DNA from: an uncultured virus (IMG/VR IMGVR_UViG_3300006149_000009)
Lineage: Duplodnaviria; Heunggongvirae; Uroviricota; Caudoviricetes
Direction: 5' to 3' (one strand)
Virus record (IMG/VR): IMGVR_UViG_3300006149_000009
DNA length: 20,000 bases
A model generated the notes under the pieces. The model was not told the DNA's origin, ran no database searches, and saw only the letters and a program-made list of their open reading frames with translations. Shown in pieces: positions 7,902-15,570 of this stretch. How positions within the stretch are numbered: position 1 is the first letter of the stretch; each line of letters starts with the position of its first letter. The translations under genes and the position numbers were made by a program.

Positions 7902-9248
7902 TTATTTTTCTTGATTTACGAAGGCTTCCCAATCATTAAACTTTATACGATTATAAAATACCATACCAAAATATGCAGACAGAAATGCAATAAATGTTAT
8001 TATACAAACATATACCATATTAAAAATGTTCATTTTATACCATACTAAAATAGAAGCTGAAAAAATGAAAGCAATTCCAGAAGTTAATTTGACTCTAGGT
8101 ATATTATTTACAATCCTTTGTTTTACTCTAAATATATGTGTATAATTTATAGTTCGCTTTTCTCTGTCGTTTATTATTTCTACATTATACTCATATGTTC
8201 CTCTTGCTATATCAAGTGAATGTCCATCTAATATGTTTTTATATTCTAACAAATCTGGAAATTTTCGTTTTAAACTCTCATAATTTTTTTTATTATACGA
8301 CGCCGAAATGTATACCCCCATGTCATTAATTTTTTTATCCATTATATTTCCAAAAATCAAGCTAATAACATATAAAATAATTGTAGTGATAGCAAATATC
8401 ACTGGAATTATTTTAGGCGAATCTTTAAGTCCAAACCAGTATTTTATTTTCTCATTATCCCCCTCAATAATAATTGTAATAATAATTGATAATATATTTG
8501 TCGTAATGGTAGAGATTTTCAAAGTTAATAAATAATTCTCATATCTATCGCGATGCATATATAAAATTTTCTGTAAATATCTCATGTCTTCTAACCGCTT
8601 TACTTTATCAAAAGAAATTTTACTTTTATGCCTTTCCGAAAAAACGTTGGAACCACTCTTATTTACAATTATTTGATAAGCAAAAAAATCTAACATTATA
8701 AAAAAATAAAGAATCAATGATTCCCACGCTAATAATATGGGAAAATTCAAATTGCATATAAACAAAATAATAACAGCAACGCTAACCATAACTAGTGCCC
8801 CAATAAATAATATATAACTTCTAATGACCTCTCTTTTATTATGAAGGGTAACCCTCTTTCCTCTTTTGATATTATCTTTGTATATATCCAGCGGAGATAT
8901 TAATTGCTCTGCCTTAATTTTATATCCATTTACAATTTCTGAAGGTGATTCATCATTTAATGCAGACAAATAATCTTTAACTATGTTCTTTTTTTTCCTA
9001 GTACTTTCAGAATTAATTAAAGCCATGATAACTGACAGCATAAATACAACTAATTCAATCATTGAAGGTGTTATATTCCAAAAACAAATTTTTTCATTAG
9101 AACTAAATGTACTCATAAAAACATATATGGTACAAACACCCATAGCAATAATTTCCAATAAAACTAAAAGCACCTCATGTATTCTCAACTTTTTTAATTT
9201 AGCAACGTAAACCGTTAAACTCTTTTCTTCCACTTTAACCCCCTTCAT
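7902..9248 (-). CDS. Hypothetical polytopic membrane protein (about 8 TM segments); true start may be the GTG at 9233
   Basis: A 448-codon ORF in very AT-rich DNA is unlikely by chance. It has four pairs of hydrophobic segments separated by basic loops. An AAGGGGG RBS-like sequence precedes the GTG. Confidence 0.8.
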   Translation of the reverse strand: MKGVKVEEKSLTVYVAKLKKLRIHEVLLVLLEIIAMGVCTIYVFMSTFSSNEKICFWNITPSMIELVVFMLSVIMALINSESTRKKKNIVKDYLSALNDESPSEIVNGYKIKAEQLISPLDIYKDNIKRGKRVTLHNKREVIRSYILFIGALVMVSVAVIILFICNLNFPILLAWESLILYFFIMLDFFAYQIIVNKSGSNVFSERHKSKISFDKVKRLEDMRYLQKILYMHRDRYENYLLTLKISTITTNILSIIITIIIEGDNEKIKYWFGLKDSPKIIPVIFAITTIILYVISLIFGNIMDKKINDMGVYISASYNKKNYESLKRKFPDLLEYKNILDGHSLDIARGTYEYNVEIINDREKRTINYTHIFRVKQRIVNNIPRVKLTSGIAFIFSASILVWYKMNIFNMVYVCIITFIAFLSAYFGMVFYNRIKFNDWEAFVNQEK

Positions 9249-9415
9249 CTAAAAGCAACATTTTAAAGCTATAAAATCTTTTCCATAATATTATAATATC
9301 ACTAAGATGATAGTAAATCAACAGGCTTCTGGTTTTTATATTACTAACACAACATTCATAAAACTTAATATCTTTGTCTTCTTTTCTATTCCTTCAGAAA
9401 CGCATATTACACCGA

Positions 9416-9441
9416 AAGCCGCTACACTCCTGCAGCGGCTT
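9416..9441 (-). terminator. Hairpin after the small ORF; probable terminator
   Basis: On the - strand: AAGCCGCTGCA-ggag-TGTAGCGGCTT with a weak U tail. Confidence 0.6.
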
Positions 9442-9454
9442 CCTATCTTTTCAT

Positions 9455-9610
9455 TTATTCATTACAGGCGCACTTCAATACCTCTTCTTTCAAGGCCTGT
9501 TCAAGCTTCTTTTTATTCGCCTCCATCAGTACCTTGATTATGTAATCAGCCGTGACTTCTGGCGTATTTGGATTATGAAAACGATAATTCAACTTTTTCT
9601 TTTTAGAAAT
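9455..9610 (-). CDS. Small 51-aa protein with probable ATT start; candidate recombination directionality factor; not in the ORF track
   Basis: AAGGGAGGTG RBS, 6 nt, then ATT. Protein is (M)SKKKKLNYRFHNPNTPEVTADYIIKVLMEANKKKLEQALKEEVLKCACNE*. An in-frame GTG at 9619 overlaps the RBS. I recall LNYRFHNPN-type small proteins upstream of clostridial serine recombinases, but this is unverified. Confidence 0.75.
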   Translation of the reverse strand: MSKKKKLNYRFHNPNTPEVTADYIIKVLMEANKKKLEQALKEEVLKCACNE

Positions 9611-9649
9611 AGCGGCCACCTCCCTTTTACTGCCCCTTTGCGTTTCTCT

Positions 9650-9678
9650 AACTTATGAAGCGAAATCCTGAAATAGTC
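9650..9678 (-). promoter_or_regulatory. Possible sporulation sigma-E (or sigma-K)-type promoter
   Basis: On the - strand: GACTATT, 14-bp spacer, CATAAGTT. The Bacillus sigma-E consensus is (G/T)(A/C)ATAxx-N14-CATAcaxT. Confidence 0.4.
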
Positions 9679-9726
9679 CTAAAGTTCGTCCGAAAAGTGA
9701 TTCAATTCATTTTACAGCCATGCTTG

Positions 9727-10275
9727 TCAGGAATGGACACTTTCCCACCTATTCCCGTCCTCCCATAATATAATCCTGCCAGCCTTTCTAGTCTTATCCA
9801 TATTAATTATCCTCTGATTTGATGACCCCCGGAACTTCAACATAATATCCGCCAGCTCATCTATATATTTTCCTTCCACAAGCACGTCTATCATCCCCAG
9901 GAAGTCATCTGTAGTCCCGCATCGGCAGTGTTCTTTATCATCCAGCAACTTTTCAAGTGTATATCCTGTATAGCACCATACATCTTTATCCGGGTATGTA
10001 CTCCTGATGCGGCGAAGCAGCCGCAGGAGCACGGGCTGGTTCTCTGGCTCCATTGGCTCTCCTCCCAGTAAAGTTATCCCTTGGATATATGGTCTGGATA
10101 ACAGTTCCATAATATGTTCTTGCGTTTCCTTCGTAAACAATGTCCCATACTGAAAATTCCATGTCTCCGGCTGAAAACAATTCTTACAATGATTCCTGCA
10201 TCCTGATACAAAAAGTGATACCCGGATGCCCGCCCCATTTGCAATGTCAAGGTCTGCTATCTTCCCATAATACAA
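9727..10275 (-). CDS. nrdG: Anaerobic ribonucleotide reductase activase (radical SAM)
   Basis: DIANGAGIRVSLFVSGC, CxxxCxxC (CRNHCKNC), LLGGEP and FRGSSNQR motifs. Start set at the TTG at 10275, just after the nrdD stop. Confidence 0.95.
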   Translation of the reverse strand: MYYGKIADLDIANGAGIRVSLFVSGCRNHCKNCFQPETWNFQYGTLFTKETQEHIMELLSRPYIQGITLLGGEPMEPENQPVLLRLLRRIRSTYPDKDVWCYTGYTLEKLLDDKEHCRCGTTDDFLGMIDVLVEGKYIDELADIMLKFRGSSNQRIINMDKTRKAGRIILWEDGNRWESVHS

Positions 10276-10276
10276 T

Positions 10277-12532
10277 TTACTCACCGCCCCCAAGATGCAC
10301 GTAACGTTCTTTGATTTCCTGCGTCCTTCCCTGGTTCCAGTCATTCGTGCCGATATACCCGCAAGTCCTGCGTGCGATATTCATTTTACTTTTGTCTCTA
10401 TTCCGGCAATAGGGACACTCCCATATAAGTTTCCCATCCTCATTCTCAACAATGGAAATCTCCCCGTCATACCCGCATACCTGGCAATAATCAGACTTTG
10501 TATTCAGTTCTGCATACATGATATGCTCATATATGTACTGCATAACCGCGAGTACAGCATCAACATTTCCATTCAAATTCGATGTTTCAATATAAGAGAT
10601 TGCTCCTCCAGGGCTTAACAACTGAAACTCTGCCTCAAATGCCAACTTTTCAAAAGCATTGATATGCTCCGCCACATGCACATGGTAAGAATTCGTGATA
10701 TATCCTTTATCCGTAATACCCTCAATTACCCCAAAACGTTTCTGCAGGCTCTTTGCAAACTTATATGTTGTGGACTCCAGCGGAGTCCCATACAGAGAAT
10801 AGTCGATATTCTCTGCCGCTTTCCATTCCCGGCATTTATCATTCATATACTGCATAACACGCAACGCAAACGGTTTTGCCTCTTCGTCCGTGTGACTCTT
10901 CCCGGTCATAGCCTTTACGCATTCGTACAGTCCGGCATATCCAAGAGAAATGGTAGAATATCCGCCGTAGAGCAGCCTGTCAATCGTCTCTCCCTTTTTC
11001 AGCCTTGCCAACGCACCATTCTGCCAATGGATTGGCGATGCATCTGATAACGTCCCAAGCAGCCTTTCATGCCTAAGGCGCAATGCCCTGTGGCACAGCT
11101 CCAGCCTTTCCTCAAAAATCCTCCAGAAAATTTCTTCCCTCGCATCCGCCCACTGTTCATCGTCCACATATGCACCCCCGTCTGTAGCCATCCTCTGTAT
11201 GGCAGACAGCGCTACATCCGGAAGGTTGATTGTTACAACGCCCTGATTAAAGCGGCCATAATATTTAGGTTTCCCATTTTCATCTACATACGGGGTCAGG
11301 AATGACCTGCATCCCATACAGGTATAACAATGCCCCTCACCATTCTTGTCAACTTTATTCTGGAGCATGATTTTCTCTGAAATGTAATCCGGCACTAGCC
11401 TCTTTGCAGAACACTTTGCACACAACTGGGTCAGATACCAATACTTGCTGTCCGGCGTAATATTATCTTCTTCCAAAACATAAATCAGCTTCGGAAATGC
11501 CGGGGTAATCCATACACCCTTCTCATTCTTTACGCCCTCATACCGCTGTCTTACCACTTCCTCAATAATCATAGCGAGGTCATTTTTCGTCTGCTCATCC
11601 CGGACTTCATTAAGATACATAAATACCGTAATGAATGGTGCCTGCCCATTTGTGGTCATCAGCGTGACAACCTGGTACTGTATAGTCTGTACCCCTTTGC
11701 GTATTTCCTCCCGCAGCCTTGCATCAACTATATTCATGTATTCCGATAGTTCAGCCTCACCCTGAGGTTCGCACCCAGTGAACGCAATGTATTCTTCCAT
11801 TACCTGTTGCTTAATTTTCTGGCGGCTTATATCAACAAACGGCGCTAAGTGCGCAAGGCTGATGGACTGCCCGCCATACTGGTTCGATGCCACCTGTGCC
11901 ACAATCTGCGTAGCCACATTGCAGGCGGTGCTGAAACTGTGGGGCTTTTCAATCATCGTATCTGAGATGACTGTCCCATTCTGGAGCATATCCTCAAGAT
12001 TAATCAGGCAGCAGTTAAACATGCGCTGCACAAAGTAATCTGAGTCGTGGAAGTGGATGATTCCCTCATCATCCGCATGGCGGATATCCTTTGGGAGCAA
12101 AAGGCGGGCTGTCATATCACGGCTTACCTCCCCAGCGATATAGTCCCTCTGTGTCGACTGGATGGCTGGATTTTTGTTGGAATTCTCCTGAATGGCAACC
12201 TCATTCACACCATCAACCAATGTCAGAATCTTCCCGTCTATCGTACTGCTGTTCCTCATCATTTCATGTTCGTGCCTGTACCGGATGTACGCCTTCGCGA
12301 TATCATACGCCTGTTCCACCATAAGTTCCATCTCAACATCATCCTGGATTTCCTCAACAGACAGTGCCTGGCTCCTTTCCCTGTACCGCGCATCCAGCCT
12401 ATCGGACACTAATACGGCAATATTTTGATACCCGCTGTCGCCAGTCACTTCTTTTACCGCCTTCTCAACTGCAGTTTGTATTTTACATTTCTTATACCGC
12501 TCTTCCTGGCCATTTCTTTTAATTACAATCAT
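10277..12532 (-). CDS. nrdD: Class III anaerobic ribonucleoside-triphosphate reductase
   Basis: N-terminal ATP cone (VIKRNG), IHFHD, NCCL, MGCRS, GRFNQGVVTINL, C-terminal zinc site CQVC...CPYC and glycyl-radical loop RRTCGYI. Confidence 0.97.
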   Translation of the reverse strand: MIVIKRNGQEERYKKCKIQTAVEKAVKEVTGDSGYQNIAVLVSDRLDARYRERSQALSVEEIQDDVEMELMVEQAYDIAKAYIRYRHEHEMMRNSSTIDGKILTLVDGVNEVAIQENSNKNPAIQSTQRDYIAGEVSRDMTARLLLPKDIRHADDEGIIHFHDSDYFVQRMFNCCLINLEDMLQNGTVISDTMIEKPHSFSTACNVATQIVAQVASNQYGGQSISLAHLAPFVDISRQKIKQQVMEEYIAFTGCEPQGEAELSEYMNIVDARLREEIRKGVQTIQYQVVTLMTTNGQAPFITVFMYLNEVRDEQTKNDLAMIIEEVVRQRYEGVKNEKGVWITPAFPKLIYVLEEDNITPDSKYWYLTQLCAKCSAKRLVPDYISEKIMLQNKVDKNGEGHCYTCMGCRSFLTPYVDENGKPKYYGRFNQGVVTINLPDVALSAIQRMATDGGAYVDDEQWADAREEIFWRIFEERLELCHRALRLRHERLLGTLSDASPIHWQNGALARLKKGETIDRLLYGGYSTISLGYAGLYECVKAMTGKSHTDEEAKPFALRVMQYMNDKCREWKAAENIDYSLYGTPLESTTYKFAKSLQKRFGVIEGITDKGYITNSYHVHVAEHINAFEKLAFEAEFQLLSPGGAISYIETSNLNGNVDAVLAVMQYIYEHIMYAELNTKSDYCQVCGYDGEISIVENEDGKLIWECPYCRNRDKSKMNIARRTCGYIGTNDWNQGRTQEIKERYVHLGGGE

Positions 12533-13085
12533 CCTGTATCTCCTTTTCTATGCTCTTCAAAATACTGTAAACATCATCCCATGATTTTGCCCTGATAATT
12601 CCATATTTCTCTTCCTCGAACTTGCGGTTATGCGGGACATCAAACAAAATTCCCCTGTAACTGCCACCGATAAGATTCCCCGGATAGTCGTCAACCAGGA
12701 CGTCCCCCATGACCATTTGCTTTCTCGAAGTTATTATCACATTTTCATATGGAACAAATGGGAAATGCCTCAGCAACACGTTCCTCATTTTCATCCTGAT
12801 GCTGTCATAATGCGATGCGGTCACAATCACTATATCGTGCCCTTCATCCATTAATTTCTTAATGTAATGTGCCGCGCCGGGCAGAGGCTCCACACTTTCC
12901 CACAAAGATTCTTCTAACAGCGGGGCATATATCTGCTCTTTCGATAATTCAGGGTAAGCTTTCTGCATGTCCCAGTCTTTAATATCATCCCGGCATACAC
13001 CTATACCATACCTGCCTTTAAGGCATCCTGTCCATGCATCCAAAAGCCCGCTGATTGTCTCGTCCATATCTACAAGAATTGTCAA
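12519..13085 (-). CDS. 5'(3')-deoxyribonucleotidase (HAD family, NT5C-like)
   Basis: ILVDMDET motif I, IVTA motif II, K...GDVLVDD motif III/IV, and PHN. Confidence 0.88.
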   Translation of the reverse strand: MTILVDMDETISGLLDAWTGCLKGRYGIGVCRDDIKDWDMQKAYPELSKEQIYAPLLEESLWESVEPLPGAAHYIKKLMDEGHDIVIVTASHYDSIRMKMRNVLLRHFPFVPYENVIITSRKQMVMGDVLVDDYPGNLIGGSYRGILFDVPHNRKFEEEKYGIIRAKSWDDVYSILKSIEKEIQDDCN

Positions 13086-13096
13086 TCCAACACCCC

Positions 13097-13924
13097 CTAA
13101 TCCAACAAATCAGCCATCTCCGCTGTCTCGCTACGTTCTGTCTTGAGCAGCTTCACATATCCGAAACGTGGATGTCCCTTCAATCTGTCTACTGCTTCCA
13201 TAAGCCCGCTGTTCTTCCTGAATACATCCGCATCGCACTGTCTGAAATCACCATTAAGCCATAAGGCCGAACCATCCCCAACACGACCAAGCAGCAACTG
13301 GATATGTTCTTTCGTCATATTCTCACATTCCGAGCAGATGATAATGGAGTTCTTAATATCGCGCCCCCGGATAAATCCGAGATGCACAATGTCAATTTTC
13401 CCCTGGCTTATCATGAAGCTTAACCCGTCAACCCCGCCCAGATGGTCAGCAAGCGGCATGGCAAAAGGAAGAAGTTTCTCATTATATGACCCCGGCAGAA
13501 ATCCGATGGGTTTTGAATCTTTCACCTCAATATTGTTCCTCACATATACGATTTTCTCAAATCTCTCCTGCTCTATGAGGTCAATTGCTGCTGCGCACAT
13601 CAGAAAATCCTTGCCTGTGCCAAATTTCCCCGCAATAATCTTGACAGTCATATAGTCGTCATACAGCATGTCGATGGCAAGATGCTGCTGAAGGTTCCTG
13701 GGTTTGACCTTCCCCATGAAATGCGTCTGGATTGTTTTGTAAGGAATCCTCCTCATCCCATACCCATCGCATTTGAACATATCAATTAAGTTTTCATTTT
13801 CATCCACGGCTATCATGTATTCGTTCTGGATACAGCCAAATGTGTTGTTTGATTCCGGGAGGTAGAGGTCATTGACCTCATCCCCGGATACTTTCATATT
13901 TTTAAAGCCAAGATACTCGCCCAT
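13097..13924 (-). CDS. phoH: PhoH-family ATPase (phage type)
   Basis: KPRN.QQ, GKFGTGKD, IGFLPG, FIRGR, ECEN, LLGRVG, GDFRQ and RSETA motifs. Confidence 0.9.
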   Translation of the reverse strand: MGEYLGFKNMKVSGDEVNDLYLPESNNTFGCIQNEYMIAVDENENLIDMFKCDGYGMRRIPYKTIQTHFMGKVKPRNLQQHLAIDMLYDDYMTVKIIAGKFGTGKDFLMCAAAIDLIEQERFEKIVYVRNNIEVKDSKPIGFLPGSYNEKLLPFAMPLADHLGGVDGLSFMISQGKIDIVHLGFIRGRDIKNSIIICSECENMTKEHIQLLLGRVGDGSALWLNGDFRQCDADVFRKNSGLMEAVDRLKGHPRFGYVKLLKTERSETAEMADLLD

Positions 13925-13934
13925 AAAAGCCTCC

Positions 13935-14576
13935 TTAAACTATGTCATCCATGTCGCAGTCTACACCCAAAATGTAATCGCAGAAACCTTTCTCCTTTGC
14001 CTCATCCGCAAAGAGATACCACTCCACACGAAGTTTGCTGTCGTATTCCTCTTCTGTAATATGGCTACGCTCAACCACGTACTGCCGGATGCGGGCTTCT
14101 ACTTTCTTCTGGAATTCCATCTTGTCCTGTGCTTTCGCCCCTGAATCCCAAATGAAGTTCGAACCATCATGCATAAGGAACTTCGCATTCGGAACTGCAA
14201 ACCGCTTATGCCCTGCAAGCCCGATAAGGAATCCCATGCTATACTGATATCCGAGATTGACCGTGTACACCGGGGTCTTGCTCCCTCTAATAACATCAAT
14301 CAGCTCAAACCCTGCGTCTATTTCTCCGCCATTGGATGCGACATAAAGGATAATCGGTTTGCGCTCTTCTATAGATTTCCCTTTGTCCTCTGCATTGTAC
14401 TGCATAATATGCTTCGCGATATTCCCGGCGGAAATCTGTTCAACGTCCGTATCCAGGAACAATTTCCTCTGCTTCAGGTCTTTTAAGTAAAACAGTTCCT
14501 CGACCATCCCTCCCGAAGTAAGAATCTCATCCAATGTAATATCAATGTCATAATAGCCCCTGTTATCTCTTTTCAT
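13935..14576 (-). CDS. ClpP-like protease subunit (phage-encoded)
   Basis: RKLFL, PIILYVASNGG, catalytic-position Ser in YSMG, His in FLMHDG, and ADEAKEKGFCD. Start set at the ATG 9 nt after the AGGAGG RBS. Confidence 0.88.
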   Translation of the reverse strand: MKRDNRGYYDIDITLDEILTSGGMVEELFYLKDLKQRKLFLDTDVEQISAGNIAKHIMQYNAEDKGKSIEERKPIILYVASNGGEIDAGFELIDVIRGSKTPVYTVNLGYQYSMGFLIGLAGHKRFAVPNAKFLMHDGSNFIWDSGAKAQDKMEFQKKVEARIRQYVVERSHITEEEYDSKLRVEWYLFADEAKEKGFCDYILGVDCDMDDIV

Positions 14577-14589
14577 AATTTTCATCCTC

Positions 14590-14961
14590 CTATTCGTGCC
14601 CGCATCCATATTCATAGTGCGGCATATCATCCAGTTCAAGCTGCCCAAGTTCCTGATGGTGCATAATCGCAAAGATATTCCACGCCGTAGCAGCCAAGTG
14701 GTCTTCATCTGTCATGCCCATTACATATTTGTCGAGATGCCGTTTCGCTGAATCTACATACCTTGAAAATGGCATACCCTTTTCCCAGTTACGGTCGGCA
14801 TATTTTTTTGCACCCTCTTCGTAATGCTGCGCCAGACGCCTCATTGCAAAAGGCGACACAAGGTCATATCTTCCCTTACCTGCATTTGGTTCCCTGACTG
14901 CCATCCCTTCCCCATACGACATACGTTCTCCGCTGTCATCGAGGTTTGTCTGTCCCCCCAT
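14590..14961 (-). CDS. dATP/dGTP diphosphohydrolase domain protein (DUF5664-like)
   Basis: GKGRYDL, GAKKYADRNWEKG, SAKRHL and EDHLAA.AWN motifs. Confidence 0.85.
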   Translation of the reverse strand: MGGQTNLDDSGERMSYGEGMAVREPNAGKGRYDLVSPFAMRRLAQHYEEGAKKYADRNWEKGMPFSRYVDSAKRHLDKYVMGMTDEDHLAATAWNIFAIMHHQELGQLELDDMPHYEYGCGHE

Positions 14962-14964
14962 TTT

Positions 14965-15534
14965 CTACACCCCCTTTTCATTTTGGGCTACAGATTTCTC
15001 TCCGCTGACGCCACAATATGCACGGTTCATCCCACAGCAGTTAAACTCATCACATAAACCGCCCCGGTATACACAGTTAGGAACAAGCAGTCCCTCAAAT
15101 TCAGGACTCGCTTTAACCACCTCGTCACATATCATCTGCACGATTTCTCTTGTTTCTTCTGAAGCCTGCATACACAGTCTTTTATGCGCGACTGTAATAA
15201 GCTCCTCTGCATTCATATACCAGCACATCGTTACCGGGGCGTTTTGCGGCGCGGTGTTCCTGTCATATTTATCCTGCCTGTCCACCCTCTGGGTAGAAAC
15301 AAACGGAGTCGCATGTACATGCCGTGCAAGATGGACAGAAACCCAATATGGGATGTCCGTCAGCTTAAAGCAGAACTGCAGGACACGAATCGGTGAATGG
15401 CCGGATTTTAACAGTTTCACTTTCCAGTCATGGCTCGGCGGAGCCACCCCCGTTTTTGACACCGTAACTAATGTACATGTCTTGCATAATGCCCAATCTT
15501 CTTCTGTTGGATGTTTTAATATCTCAAGTTTCAT
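14965..15534 (-). CDS. thyX: Short phage-type FAD-dependent thymidylate synthase (ThyX-like)
   Basis: GHSPIR, HL.RH...VSTQR (variant of RHRx7SxR), N..EL....KRLC..A..ETR and P.C...G.C.E...CG motifs. Confidence 0.75.
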   Translation of the reverse strand: MKLEILKHPTEEDWALCKTCTLVTVSKTGVAPPSHDWKVKLLKSGHSPIRVLQFCFKLTDIPYWVSVHLARHVHATPFVSTQRVDRQDKYDRNTAPQNAPVTMCWYMNAEELITVAHKRLCMQASEETREIVQMICDEVVKASPEFEGLLVPNCVYRGGLCDEFNCCGMNRAYCGVSGEKSVAQNEKGV

Positions 15535-15549
15535 CTCTTTCTCCTTTTG

Positions 15550-15566
15550 AATTATTTAATTATCTT
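15550..15566 (-). repeat. 17-bp intergenic motif, copy 1 (AAGATAATTAAATAATT on the - strand)
   Basis: Exact match to 19881-19897. Lies immediately upstream of the thyX RBS. Confidence 0.85.
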
Positions 15567-15570
15567 TATT

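Noticed and set aside
9307..9658. + strand ORFs of 76 and 94 aa
   Set aside because: They overlap the better-supported - strand ORF 9455-9610 with its RBS and hairpin.
14590..14961. Z-genome (2-aminoadenine) pathway
   Set aside because: No PurZ or DatZ-type HD gene is in the window, and this hydrolase domain alone is not diagnostic.
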